Assembly: GCF_963853765.1 (NCBI RefSeq)
Contig: NC_088858.1
Location: 55,552,001-55,616,000 of the forward strand
Length of the DNA: 64,000 bases
Origin: Magallana gigas
Taxonomy: Eukaryota
Direction: 5' to 3'
Made by a program: the position numbers and the translations under genes. A model generated the notes under the pieces. It saw nothing but the letters and a program-made list of their open reading frames with translations. It was not told the origin of the DNA and made no database searches. Below are positions 49,383-62,173 of this stretch, in pieces; the first letter of the stretch is position 1, and the number at the start of each line of letters is the position of its first letter.

Positions 49383-52300
49383 GTAGGTGTTGGCCGTTTT
49401 CATTTCCGCTCTTAATGCATTCCGAATTTCCTCGTGTTATAAAGCATGTGTGTTCCGCTATATTTGACATTAATTCCAAATTGTTTACACGTCGGAGCGT
49501 ATCATATAGAATCATATTATTTAGAAATGTTTAATATTTTCCTGTTATATTTTTAAAAGCAGTTTTATGGGGAGGTTTGTCTAAAATGTTTTGACTTAAA
49601 GGAGTCTTGCTTTCATGAACAGCTCTAAACATGTTTAAATCGTGTCTATCTCATTGAATCAATATTGCTTCATTTATCGATCATCTGATAGAGAATCGGG
49701 ATGTTTAAAGTGTTTAATAATCAGCCCAGTTTACTGCTAACCATCCTGTTTATTCCGCTCTATTGGTAACAGTTTGATTCAGTTTGAGCCAATATTTGTC
49801 CTCTGTCCCGACATTTCTGTTATGATTGAAACCAGAATCTACTTTCACTTTTTGATTTGACGTTTCTGCTATTGCACCAAGTTTGAAGAATTAGTTGTGT
49901 GATCTTTTTAAAGAAAACACAATCGGTGGTAACTTGTAAAATTACTTTTCATTAAAATGCATTTGTTAAACTGAATTTTATTAAATTTAGGAACCAAAAT
50001 CTTTTTGGAATGAAAAACGAACACTTGCCATGATCTCATTTTAAGTGTTGAGAATGTTATTCAGGGACAGTCTCCAGTAAAATTGCCCCGTTTGAAGTTC
50101 TAGGAAGGGATGCTTGAGAATTTGTTTCCTTCTCGTGTTTAACAGAGGGCAATTATTCGTTCAGCCTCCTCTTACAGTTTATTTCCTCTTCTAAAAAAGG
50201 CTTAACTTTCATGTGGTTCATTGGTACAATCTCTTGAAAAGTTCAATTTAGGAGTTATCATAAAGGGTGTGGACACATTGCACTTAGGCAGATAGGGGGC
50301 TTTGTTTGGGGAAAGTTTTTATCGTTTTGCCTGTAGTTCAGGTTATCACATACACATGTTGTAAACTGTGTCACTATCAGAAGCCAGGCCTAACATACAC
50401 AGGCCTGACCTCATAAAAACTCTTGAGTTTATCATCTCCCCTACAGAAAAGGAAAACACTGCTAAAGCATTAACTGTTTGATGTAGAGAAATAATTGCTG
50501 AGTATTAATATACTGTAATACAATGAGTAATATGTTAATTGTATGTTAATTGTGGCATAAGCATTGCGAGGTGATTTTTATTTATGAATAAGAGCTCCCA
50601 TAAGGACAACCATTCATTGATAGATTATGCTTACTTCTTAAAAACCTAGTTGATAAGCCTTAGGACATTGTTTTGAGTTTACTTAGTCAGAATTAGTAAA
50701 CCCATTTGAAATAGTCATGCACATCTTACACTGCTGACCTAAGGAATGTGATGTTAAAGTTATTACACAAACAAGGATTTAATCACCTTTAATCACTGTG
50801 TGTAGTTTTATAACCCTAGGACCTCCTGTTTCAAACTTTTTCTAATCAGTCTGTATAGATGTAAACATAGGTATTGACACCTGAAGAAATCTGTGTCACC
50901 TTTGACCCTGCCCAGATGGTGTGGGGCCCTGTTTTGTCTGAGTGGCTCACCTTTCAGGTGTATGACAGGTGAATCAGTTCGGACCCGTACCATAACATCA
51001 CAATATTAGCTTTCTCTGCACCAACAATTTTCATTTAAATTATTGTTTACCTGTAATTTATGTCAATAGGAAGGCATTTATATCAACGGTTTAAACTTTC
51101 TCTCGCCTTTCTGAGCGACTGGGGAATTTCTGGGGGAGGTGTATGCTGTCTGGGTAACGTTCTGAGTCATAGCCTTCAAACCTTGCCTCCCGAAATTCAC
51201 ACACTGCGGTTATCTGGTGGCTGCTGTCAGTGATATACAGGCATTAAATGTCTGCTTGTCTTTCTGTTTCAGTTTGGATAAAAATGAATCATATTTCTTT
51301 GCCCTCTCCACCTAGTCTGCGTGGTTCATGCGTTAGCTGGGGGGATAGGGATGACATTCACAGACAACTCTTATACTCTAGTTTGACCTGTGTTTCTTTG
51401 TGATTCTATAAAAAACAAATTGTTAAGAATTATAAAAACGACAGCCTTTTAACTCTGCCTATCCCTAGTGTGATGTAATTTCTTCTATTTATTGAATACA
51501 AGGATTCATTTATGTTGGTTTATTTCTGTTAAAGAGGGGGAATTTTTAGCACCATAAGACTCAACATTGTTCTAGCCTCTATCTACATGTTCAACTAGAA
51601 ATTAAGTTTGTGTAAAATTAAGTTGTAATGAAGTGAACGGCAGCATATATCAAGGTAAAATCTTGGGGATAGTAAGACTGTAATGCTGAGTGGGCTGAAT
51701 CCTTGTTCAAACACTCTTCTCTCTAATCTTGTACACTTGTTTACATCAGAAGGTGTAGCTTGGTATTTTAATTTGGGGCCTGCCATTGACTGCAAGGTGC
51801 TTGATTTATGCGGCCTTTAGTCACGGTTAGGTGCCCACTGTTGGGTTTAAAGCTTTGACCCAAAGTATGACAGTCAGATAATGCATACTTTAGAGATTGA
51901 TTGCCAGGAATCCCGGCCTGAATTAAATTACGTCAACAGTAGGATTGTTTAGTTCTAACGGAGGCCTCAAGATGTAAACAAAAATGTAGTGAACATTTCT
52001 GGCATATTTCTGTGTTATTGTACTAGTGGAGGAAGCTGTTACTCATTGCTGAGTCGCTTGTATGATCCATAACAAATGTAAACTCATATGTTTTGAATTA
52101 CATTGTTTTATCTTTTCTATGTTCAAAGTGAACTAGTTTAAAACCATCACAACATTTTCTACAAATAAAGTTCAACATTCATGGAAGTTTTTGTATTGAT
52201 CACATATTTACATCCAAAACTTTCAATGTTTATAAATGTTTATAAAAAAAATTATAAATATACTTTTAAAAACTTCTAATTAGAAAATTAGGTTGAATGC

Positions 52301-52412
52301 AAAGATATCTTTAATGTAATTTATTACAACTCAAAATCTTGAAGTCACATTGATTATACCTGTTCAGTAAGATTGACCTCTGATTGACCTTGACCTTCGC
52401 TAACTGTTGTAG

Positions 52413-52546
52413 GCGGAACAAGAGATCCAGAGTTTGAACCGCAGGATCCAGCTCCTAGAGGAAGACATGGAGAGGTCGGAGGAGCGGCTCCAGACCGCCA
52501 CCGAGAAGTTGGAGGAGGCTTCCAAAGCCGCAGACGAGAGCGAGAG
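52413..52546 (+). CDS. TPM: Tropomyosin exon 3 ([45 protein letters not shown])
   Basis: Hallmark [10 protein letters not shown]; gtag acceptor, 134 nt, ag|gtaacc donor (phase 2). Confidence 0.97.
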
Positions 52547-54238
52547 GTAACCATCACTTTACTCCCTTTATATCCGTTCACTTCTCTATATTATCTCCAC
52601 ACAAATTACAGTAATTAAGCTTTATGCACACTTTAAAAAGGCAACTCTTGTCTTGAATTCTCAAAATTAAAATGCTTTTTAATCAAGTATTCTGAATTGG
52701 TCAAAAGATTGTATTCATAGTTAATGTATTTTAAATAATTTGATTGCTATTTTCATATACTTGCTTTTAAATTTATACAGTTTATTATGATGTCACTGTA
52801 AAGATACTATTCATCCTTATCAAAATAACACCCTTCTATTATATATATTTTGTTATTGTTTGTAAACCCTGTACATCAGTGAACAGACCAAAGGCAACAA
52901 ATAATAATAAAGAATGTTTTACCACAATAACTCTGGGAAAACTGCATTTAGTAATGATTTTTTGGGGGGTGGGGGGAGGGTAGGAGAAAAGTTGATAAAC
53001 AGTACTAGCAGGCTTGAAGTTCTGGGGACAGACTGATGTACAGGGTACTTTTTATCGGCATGAACATTTCGCAGTGCCCCCCAGATCACAGTCGCTGTCG
53101 GAAACCCCAATAAGTCGCAGAAATCACTCAACCACATCAACAATAACGTGTGCATCAATTGATTTTCCTGTTGCAGTCAGAGATGTATAAATTATTGGAT
53201 TTGCGGCTGTGACTCGGGTCTGGGGGGCATATGATATAGACCTGTTACTCCGGTCCCTTTGTTTGTTTGGGCCCTAATTGTTGCAAGGAGACTCATTATT
53301 TGATAAGTCCCTGTTCTGATGGAAATACAAACACCATGTAGGTATTTTTTGTCAAGGGGTAGTGATAAAGGCCGGTATATAACTGTTGTAGTCCTAGCTT
53401 CCTTATCTCTGTGTAACGGAGTCATTTCTGCAAGGCTCAGTAGCTACTGAATGGCAGGATAATTAATTTTACTCCATATTGAACAAAACATAGCCAGCCA
53501 AGTACCTGATAAGAAGAAATAAAATATGTCAAATGTAGATTGAATTGAAATAGCAATGCAGGTATAACTAATGTGTAATAAAAAGGTTTTCCCTTGAGGC
53601 TATTATACCTGAATTCATTTTGCATGGTTTGCATGTTTTTTGAATATTCAAAACTTTGTCAGATATAAAGCCATTGTTAACATTTACGGGAAGGTGAAAT
53701 CTGTTTGCTATGTTTATGCAAAACTACTACTGATGAAAGGCCAGGGGTTTGAGTGAATATGGATGATGTATGTAATGAGGTATCTGTAGAAACCCAGAAC
53801 TCAAAGGGGCATCTCAAATAATACAAGATTTCATCTCTCCTAAATGTTTATATCTAACCATGGAAAATGTGATGTAGGATGACTGTAAAAAGAAAATGTT
53901 TTGTCCCAGGATGCAAACATTTTCTTTCTGTCGAACTTGGACTCCATGTAAACTTGTATCATCTCTAATGCCAAAGGGTGATGGAAAATCAACTACTTTC
54001 ACAACAAAACATCGTGAATCTGTATCGGTCTATGGCTAATTGCACTACTCCAAAGCTTCTATATACATATATACCTGTAACTTCCTAACACATTTTACTT
54101 AGATATTATTACAATCGGCACTGATTTCCAAAACGTAAAACACATTAAATACAGACTTCCTCATATCCATTTAATGAAAGCTTAGATTTGATAGGCTCAA
54201 TAGTTATGCTAATTAAGTGTTTTACCCAATGGCATTAG

Positions 54239-54356
54239 AGGTCGTCGAACACTTGAGAGCAGAAATCGAACGGATGAATCTCGAATGGATGACATGGAAG
54301 GGAAACTGCGACAACTGACAGAAGTCGCGGAAACGTCAGAGAACCGATACACAGAG
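54239..54356 (+). CDS. TPM: Tropomyosin exon 4a (GRRTLESRNRTDESRMDDMEGKLRQLTEVAETSENRYTE)
   Basis: 118 nt, same length and phase as 4b-4d, alignable; weak acceptor (cattag), donor gag|gtaata. Confidence 0.78.
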
Positions 54357-54410
54357 GTAATAATGGGTACATCCAAGCCTTGATTGCATGTTCTATAAAT
54401 TTTTAAACAG

Positions 54411-54528
54411 AGCCCGCCGATGCTTAGAAAATAAGAGTTTATTGGACGATGGACGAATAGACCAACTTGAGGGCGGAATGAAACAGATGGAACTAGTGGC
54501 CAATGAGGCCGAAAGGAAATACGAAGAG
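54411..54528 (+). CDS. TPM: Tropomyosin exon 4b (ARRCLENKSLLDDGRIDQLEGGMKQMELVANEAERKYEE)
   Basis: 118 nt, ttttaaacag acceptor, gag|gtatgt donor, homologous to 4c/4d. Confidence 0.85.
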
Positions 54529-54765
54529 GTATGTAACTATGGCGATGCCATGGTGACCATTGGATGTTGTTCTAGGAAGCAAGTTGGGGTACCTTAAGGT
54601 TTGTCTAGTATTAATGAGATTCGGATTCCTTCTCTTCCAGATGTGGATTGCTAATTAATTCTTTTGCTTTAATTTCAGGTTGTGTAAATTGGCATGTATT
54701 AATGGGTGTTGAGGTTGTGGAACTAACCAAGTTTTTTCTGCTTTTTGTTTGTTTGTTTCTGACAG

Positions 54766-54883
54766 AGCGCGGAAAGTTTTAGAAAGTCGAAGTTTTGCCG
54801 ATGATGAGAGAATCGATGCCTTAGAAGGGCAGCTCAAGGAGGCTAGATATATAGCAGAGGACACCGACCGAAAATATGATGAG
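54766..54883 (+). CDS. TPM: Tropomyosin exon 4c ([39 protein letters not shown])
   Basis: 118 nt, strong polypyrimidine acceptor, weak donor gag|gtcctt; close to the canonical invertebrate [18 protein letters not shown] exon. Confidence 0.9.
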
Positions 54884-55152
54884 GTCCTTAGTAAAAGTCC
54901 ACATAATCACTGTATCTCTGTATACTGGCATGCCACCTCTAACACTGGTCGTTTACTTGTAATCTCTGTATCCCTGTAGCAGCTCTGCTTTGACCTTTCA
55001 AAAAAAAGGCATAAGGAAAAGATAGAAAACAAGTTATAAGTCCTGATGACCAAATGTTGCCAAAATGTACTCTGCGTGGCTGATCATGTACAGGGATAAT
55101 GAAAAAAGATTTGAGACCTTTTTATTTAAATGATAATGTCTTCTTCCACCAG

Positions 55153-55270
55153 AAACCGCAAGGTCTTGGAAAACCTCAATAACGCCTCAGAGGAGAGAAC
55201 TGATGTCTTAGAGAAACAGCTTACTGAGGCCAAGCTGATCGCTGAGGAGGCCGACAAAAAATACGATGAG
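55153..55270 (+). CDS. TPM: Tropomyosin exon 4d ([39 protein letters not shown]; Cra g 1-type)
   Basis: 118 nt, ttccaccag acceptor, gag|gtgaag donor. Confidence 0.95.
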
Positions 55271-57129
55271 GTGAAGCAGCGTGGACTCGAGGCTCGAGCT
55301 ACATCACACCCCTGCTTCTTATGCAGAAAACGTTTAAAGTAGAAGTAAAAAAAAATCTGTTAAATTTTTGGTCTCCTCATATGAAGCAGGGGTTGGTATC
55401 ACCATTTGATTTGGTATTACTGATGGTTAGCTCAGAACCAGAGTTGTGCATCCCTCAAGGAATGTGTTTGGACATGCCAAAAATGTGTTTTGTTTTTTTC
55501 CCCCTAAAAGTCAATAACAGCCTGGCCTCTGTAATGGAGTGATGTGTAGGAGGCCACTGTGTGTGTTGTAAACCCCTAGAGTCTGATAGATCACAAGTTC
55601 TCTATTCCATAGCGTGATATGCCAAATAACTCATAAAGAAAAGTCAATTTGAGTGTTTTGAGACTGCCCCCAATCACTGAAATGAAACAGAGAACTGTGC
55701 CAGCCATCATTCCCATAGTTCCCCAATTTCTTTTTTCTTAATATTTCATCATCATTTCTGTTCTAAATTCCATTTTTTTGCCAAAAAGTTAAAATCTTCT
55801 AATTCTTTTCAAGTTTCTGTACTGCATCTTGAAAACAAGAAAACTATCGGAATGCATGGCCATATACTAATTTAGAATCCCTTAAGTATTAACATTGGTC
55901 ACAATGGTACATGAAGGATAATATTTTAATGGAAAGCAAATTGACAGAAGCTAGGTGAAGTTAATGACTTGCACATTCCAAACCCGACTGTTTAATTTGA
56001 TTTTACTTGCTAAAACGTGCTAAAATATATTTCAATAAATGAATATCTTGAATGAGGAGCAGTCCCCTGCTTCAAACCCTTTAAGTAGAGAGCTTCATGT
56101 ATCAGACCATGTACGATTATATTTACAGGTGCATCTTGGGAATGCTGTTTGAGAATGACACAGCAGCTGTAGGTTAATTATTAATCAATCAGTAATTAGA
56201 TCCACTGGAAAAGTGGTATGCAAAGAGACAAGCACCCAGAATACCCAGATGTTCTGATTCTTTTAGGTGCTTGTTTCATGTTTAATTTTCTATCTTCAGC
56301 TTGAATTGTTGTGATATAATTAAACCAAAGAAAAACTTGTTCTGAACAATTTGACAATTCATTGTAGAGATTAGATAAATATGTGAGGAAAATATCACAA
56401 ATGAGGCGTTCAGGCTGGAAACTTTACTCTGTCAATTCTGTGATTTTGGGTTTTCATTGATTTTCAAAGTTTTGAATAAATAATTTAGATTTGATAATGT
56501 TACACTATTTGAATAATGATAAAAAATCAGTTAAAATCTGAGAAGCCAAAGAAAGAATTAACAGAGATGCACTGTGAACAGTTTTATTGGAATGAATGAT
56601 TTGATATTTATGAAGCAGTTTTTAGTTGATTTTTATGTTTTTTTTTATTTGTGACTATTTATTCATATAATTAATTCATGTTTGCATTATTTTTACCCTG
56701 TAGTTTTGTACTGATTGCATAAGTTGATGAGTTATTTGTTATAAATGTATAGCTTCAATTGTTCTATACTGTTTCAATAATTTAACTCCAAAGTTCCCCA
56801 TTTTTTAGCTATGCATTCCTGTTATACTGTTCTGATGTTAATATAACGTAGGTTGTGATAGCAAGGCATGAGTTTGAAATTTATTACTAATCCCTTAATT
56901 GTTTGAAATATCGTTTTTAAAAAATTATCAAAGGAAATTCATTAGAAAATTGAAAACATTAACAACAAAGAAAAATAGTTTTGAGTTCAGAGAAATAAAT
57001 TTTATTAAAGTAATAAAATTTTTAGTAAAGAACTTGAGTAAGGAGAATGTTTTGGAAAGAAAAACTTTTCGGATAAAGAGACCATTGCGTTGGTCACTGT
57101 GACTGATTGTCTGTCTGTCTGTGTCACAG

Positions 57130-57200
57130 GCCGCCCGTAAGCTTGCTATCACAGAGGTGGACCTTGAACGTGCTGAGGCTCGACTTGAGGCCGCTGAGGC
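57130..57200 (+). CDS. TPM: Tropomyosin exon 5a (AARKLAITEVDLERAEARLEAAE-A)
   Basis: 71 nt, cacag acceptor, gc|gtgagt donor. Confidence 0.96.
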
Positions 57201-57346
57201 GTGAGTATCCAACAAACCGTGACAGTGCACGCCGCCCCACTGCGAATGCCTCAGAGTTGTGTCCCCTTAGTTAGTTACAATAACATTAACTGTTTCTGTG
57301 TGTTGTTTGCCTTAACTCTGGTTATGACCTGAATAACATTTTGTAG

Positions 57347-57417
57347 GCTGCACGAAAATTATGTGTACTAGAAGGCGAATTAGAACGAGCTGAAGAACGC
57401 TATGAATTAGCTGAAAG
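57347..57417 (+). CDS. TPM: Tropomyosin exon 5b (AARKLCVLEGELERAEERYELAE-)
   Basis: 71 nt, ttttgtag acceptor, ag|gtttgt donor, direct paralog of 5a. Confidence 0.85.
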
Positions 57418-58154
57418 GTTTGTTTCTGATCTTGATTCTAAGATTAATAATTTGGAGCAAAATTTAAAATTGAAAAGAGATTTGATATTTAATATTTGAT
57501 ATTTAATATTATGTAAAAAAAAGAAAAAAAAAAGAGGATGCATGATATCATTGACTGCTGCACTACTCAACTTTTTTATCTTCAAATTTATTTTAAAAGA
57601 GAAAGAAAATGATAAGCAATTATGCATACATTATATGTATTATATTTCACAAAGTCACTAGAATCTGTGTGAAGTGCATGATTAAGCATGAATTACAGCA
57701 TTGTAGAAAGGGGAGGTCAGGGGAAGAGGGTGGAGCTCAGCATTAAAGTTTGTTTATAATAGGAGGGAATGAATGATAAGACAGTGGGCTTCCAGGAAAA
57801 TGACTTACTCTTGAGGGAGTTGGATGGGGGCTACTGGTTGAAGTTTGCCAAGATGTAATAATTAATGCAGGGACATAGTCTCTGAATTCCAAAGACAATG
57901 GACTTGTTATCAGTTATAGCAGTTAGGGTTTAGAACATTGGTTAAACAAGGAGGAATAGAAAGTCAACAAAATATTATAGATTCAAAAAGATAAGCCTGT
58001 GTAGGTGGGAGTTGTCCTTGGGTGAATATTACTTGAATTGAAGTCGGGCAGAGGGCATAATGCTTAAGATTAGAGACCTGATAAAAGAAGGGGGTGTGCA
58101 TATTCAAAGCATGGTGTGCTAATGTTTGTATGTTTTTGTTGTTTCCCATTGCAG

Positions 58155-58230
58155 CAAGGTTAAAACCCTAGAAGATGAATTGCATGTAGCCACAAATAGC
58201 CTTAAAGCTTTAGAAATATCTGATGAAAAG
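58155..58230 (+). CDS. TPM: Tropomyosin exon 6a (KVKTLEDELHVATNSLKALEISDEK)
   Basis: 76 nt, ttgcag acceptor, aag|gtatgt donor, paralog of 6b/6c. Confidence 0.85.
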
Positions 58231-58702
58231 GTATGTGTCTACTTATGAACAGCCAGGCTGATTAGGCTCACTCAGACTCGCTCTAGGTGAGCCTGACTCG
58301 GCCGAGATTATTAACTGATATTATGATGAGTGGATGTACGCTGGGGGCTTCATTCCAAGTGTTGGAAGAGCCTGGATCCACCCCAAGGGGTGTTAGCGTT
58401 TAGTGCATGTCACAGCATGCCTGTGTTTAGTGTTATTTGTGTATTTTTTGGACTGTGAGACCCAGCGTACATGCACTGCCGATTCAGTCTGGATTTTTCA
58501 AAAAGAGGCAATGTGACCCAGATATTTTACCCACAGTTGGGTTGGTGTGGCATGTTGTGATGGCAACTGATTGCATGCTTCTCAAGATCCCAGTGTTGTG
58601 TGCATTCAGTTTATTTGGAAAAATAAAAATAAACATCTTGATTATTCTGTTAAGAAAAATGAGAATTTTGAGATTGAAATGTCCTTTTCAATGTCTGTCG
58701 GC

Positions 58703-58739
<37 letters not shown>

Positions 58740-58910
58740 TTAATTTTTTTGTATTTTTGGGTTGAGAATTTATGTATAAAAACCCTGAACCATATTAGAC
58801 CCTAAACAGCCATCCATACTCAAAAGATCAAAATCAGCAAAGCATTGCAAAGATTTAGAATTAAAGGCCAGCAGACATGCCCAGTAAACCCTTCTCTTGT
58901 ACTATTACAG

Positions 58911-58986
58911 CAAAGTTTATGAACTTGAAGAACAACTCTCAGTTGTGGCTAACAATATCAAAACCCTGCAAGTTCAAAATGATCAG
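58911..58986 (+). CDS. TPM: Tropomyosin exon 6b (KVYELEEQLSVVANNIKTLQVQNDQ)
   Basis: 76 nt, ttacag acceptor, cag|gtaagg donor. Confidence 0.93.
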
Positions 58987-59247
58987 GTAAGGGGGAGAAT
59001 ATCCAGGCTGGATCACACAGGGTGCAACTTCACTTGGAACCCAAAGGTCAAATCAGAAACCAGCTCCATGTCATTACAGAATACAGTCAGGGTCTTTGGG
59101 AGGTCTGGATAGCTTTGAGAATATTCTTGAAAAATGTATCATGGAGCAGGTTTCAGATGGCGAAAGCAGGCCCAGATGGGGTCTCAAAGTGGGGATGCAG
59201 TCCTGATATATTGTTTGGAAATGTTAGTCTTAATTTCTGAATTTCAG

Positions 59248-59323
59248 GAAAGTATTGGAGTTAGAAGAAGAACTTAAGGTGGTTGGCAACAATATGAAAT
59301 CGTTGGAGATCAGTGAGCAAGAG
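59248..59323 (+). CDS. TPM: Tropomyosin exon 6c ([25 protein letters not shown])
   Basis: 76 nt, atttcag acceptor, gag|gtataa donor; canonical invertebrate exon-6 sequence. Confidence 0.95.
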
Positions 59324-61159
59324 GTATAAACACTACACACCCCTGTGTACCTCTGCTGGTGTGCATGACGATGTATGCAGGCCTACAAGCATGCTCACAT
59401 TTGGTTTTGTCAGAACCGACAACGACCTATTTCATTATTTTTATTTATTTTTTTTATTTTTTTTTGATTTGGTAATATGATTTGTCTATATGACAAACAA
59501 CAAGAATGTTGTCTATGTTTAGGAAGGAGAGGAGGTTAATGCAAGACTTAGGTATCTTTAAAGTGGGCACTCTCTCCCAGTAGCACATATAGAAGATGTT
59601 GAGACAAATGACCAAGCATGATTTAACCCAAGAATCAGACCCCAGTTTTACACTTTATTTTGCACTTAATTAGAAAAAAAAGATTGAGATTATAAAAGGA
59701 ATAGTCACTTCAGTGTTTGATAAAATATTTTGGGTTTAAACAGTATATCTGGAGTGGTATGGGAGAAATATAGAATATCACACTTTTGTTTTGATCTCGG
59801 CCCTGGTATCAGCTCGAGCGGTTGGTATCGGCCCAAGGGTGGTATGGGGTGGTACAGTCTTGCATTATTTCCTCCTCCACAAGAAGTGGACTAGTGTGAT
59901 GATGGTGATATAACAGATCTATAGGTGTAGACCAGCAGCCGTCTAGACAAACTAGCACCTGCCAGTGGCCCGCAATCAGGCCATAGATCACATAGATCTG
60001 TTTGTTTGAACTCTCCAGTAACTGTAGTCCTCTATGGAAGTATTCCAGACAGAGTCTGTCATATGTCATGTATTGACAACCTACCACCAGCTCATCAGTT
60101 GTTGGTTTCAAAAACTGAGAAAAAATGAGATTTCATAATGGTGCAAACACTCAAGCTCTTTGACAGGTTTCCACCTTCAGAAATTTTAAAAAATCTTCAA
60201 ACCTTCTAGTGGAATTGTGTTTAATGTAAATCTGAAGCAGCTGATGAACTGGTGTGTGACAAACATGAAGAATAACCTGATTATGTGCATGATTAGCTAG
60301 ATTCATCCATATGATGTTGAAAACTGAAATATGTGAGGGTGTTTCCAGTAATGCCTGGAGACCTTTACAGTGAGGGTGGGAGGGGGTGGGGTGTTTTATG
60401 CCTGGCCAGTGTTGTGACCATCTCACTGTGCTTCTTGTCCATGCCATGCCCAGCTCAATACCACGCTCAAATTGTAATTAATCTTGACGCAAAATATTAA
60501 GCAAAATATTGAGTGATATTTTTTTTTGTCCCAATCGGGGTTTATATTGCACATTGCATGACTATTTTGTAAACATTTAATTTCAAAGGAAAGTTTCATC
60601 GAGAGAAATAAAACCATTTGTGAAGACTAACCACTGATACAGTAGTTATAGTGCTATGGCGTCCATATAATGTGGTGCATGTAACATCTGTAGCCATCAT
60701 AGCTGTGGAAAAAGCATGGAGTCAAAATAACCCAAGTTATTAGACCCATTTAGTTTTTTCTGAATTCCTAGTATCCATCATTTTGAATGAATGATATTCA
60801 AGAAGAGAACATGATATGGGAACTTCAAATGAACTTGTCCTCATAATTCAAATACATCTTATAAATATTTTGGAATAAAGGCATTTAATTAAAAAATGAT
60901 TTGGAAGGGGGGGGGGGGTACTAGAAACCTAACCCATTTTTTTTTGTTTCAAAATGCATCACATATTTCAGTTTCTTGATGAAAAACATGTTTTTACATC
61001 AAAATGTTATTAGAAATTTAACTCTTTGTTTCAGTGCAACTTATTTTATTTAAAGCTACATTAACTTCTAGTTAGATTTTTAAAACACTAGTTTTGTTAT
61101 AGTCTGCACCTGTATCACTTGAATGTTTGTTTTAATGTGACTTTGACCCTGATTTTCAG

Positions 61160-61222
61160 GCTTCACAAAGAGAAGACAGCTACGAAGAAACCATTAGAGA
61201 TCTTACACAGAGGCTGAAGGAT
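61160..61222 (+). CDS. TPM: Tropomyosin exon 7 (ASQREDSYEETIRDLTQRLKD)
   Basis: 63 nt, ttttcag acceptor, gat|gtaagt donor. Confidence 0.96.
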
Positions 61223-61657
61223 GTAAGTCCAGTGCTTACTTACTCTATCTATGATATTTACTACACTATCTATATCATAATCTTTATTTCTGATGGCAAT
61301 TGTAGATCAACTAGCATTTAAAGTTAAAATTTCGACTGCTTAAAATGTTACATGTATTTGCTATGCGGCGTTATTTGTTTCCCAATCAATGTCTGCAGCA
61401 TGAATGAAGAGGGAGGGTTTTGTGGAATACTATTCTTTGTTTTGATTGGATGAAATTTTTTTCAGGTCACACATGACCTCTTTTTCTTGATAAACATAAT
61501 TATTTTATTTGTGTAATGAAATCCACACTGATGGGTGAATATCGTGCAACCTTAATTTAAAGGCCATTGGTCAAATTGGCCTCTTTGTTAGAGAAGGATC
61601 TAACCATTAACTGTTGTTGTGTTGGTGGTTCTGTTACATTCGAGTCCCTTTCTACAG

Positions 61658-61727
61658 GCTGAGAACCGGGCTACTGAAGCTGAGCGAACTGTATCCAAAC
61701 TCCAGAAAGAGGTTGACAGGCTTGAAG
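61658..61727 (+). CDS. TPM: Tropomyosin exon 8a ([24 protein letters not shown])
   Basis: 70 nt, tctacag acceptor, g|gtaggc donor; hallmark LQKEVDRLE. Confidence 0.96.
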
Positions 61728-62103
61728 GTAGGCCCGGCATGAACAACGGAGTTACTCCCCTTGCGCATTTACCTGTCTCACTCTGAACAATACCTGTGTC
61801 TAGATTTCACTGTTGACTTCAGTTCAAAAAGCAAATTATGTACTGTGAATGTGTTTTTGATATCACAATTTTGCAATGGCACAAGTGAATGTTCTAAAAT
61901 TCAGATAAGTTTTCATTGACCGGTCAACATTCAGATCTAGGCACACAGACTGTTGGAGTGGGCCCCCATATTAACACAGTTTTGATTTCAGCCAGTGCCT
62001 GAAGGAGGGGTGTGCATTGTATAGTGTTACCAAAACTAAAAGCATGAGAAGCTTGATGTGTAGTTAGGTTAGAAATAAAACATGGCCTTGACTTTTACCA
62101 CAG

Positions 62104-62173
62104 AGCCAGAATAGAGCTGAGGTCGCAGAAAGGCAGGTATACACTCTCCAACTGGAGAACGACAAATTGTCAG
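62104..62173 (+). CDS. TPM: Tropomyosin exon 8b (SQNRAEVAERQVYTLQLENDKLS-)
   Basis: 70 nt, same phase as 8a, ttttaccacag acceptor, cag|gtaaag donor, alignable to 8a. Confidence 0.82.

Noticed and set aside
56852-56890. Possible extra terminal micro-exons in the tropomyosin gene (VVIARHEFEIYY* here; VHLGNAV* near 56129; APQITVAVGNPNKSQKSLNHINNNVCIN* near 53075)
   Set aside because: Only an AG plus a short open frame, with no homology to tropomyosin exons; cannot be told from chance without RNA data.
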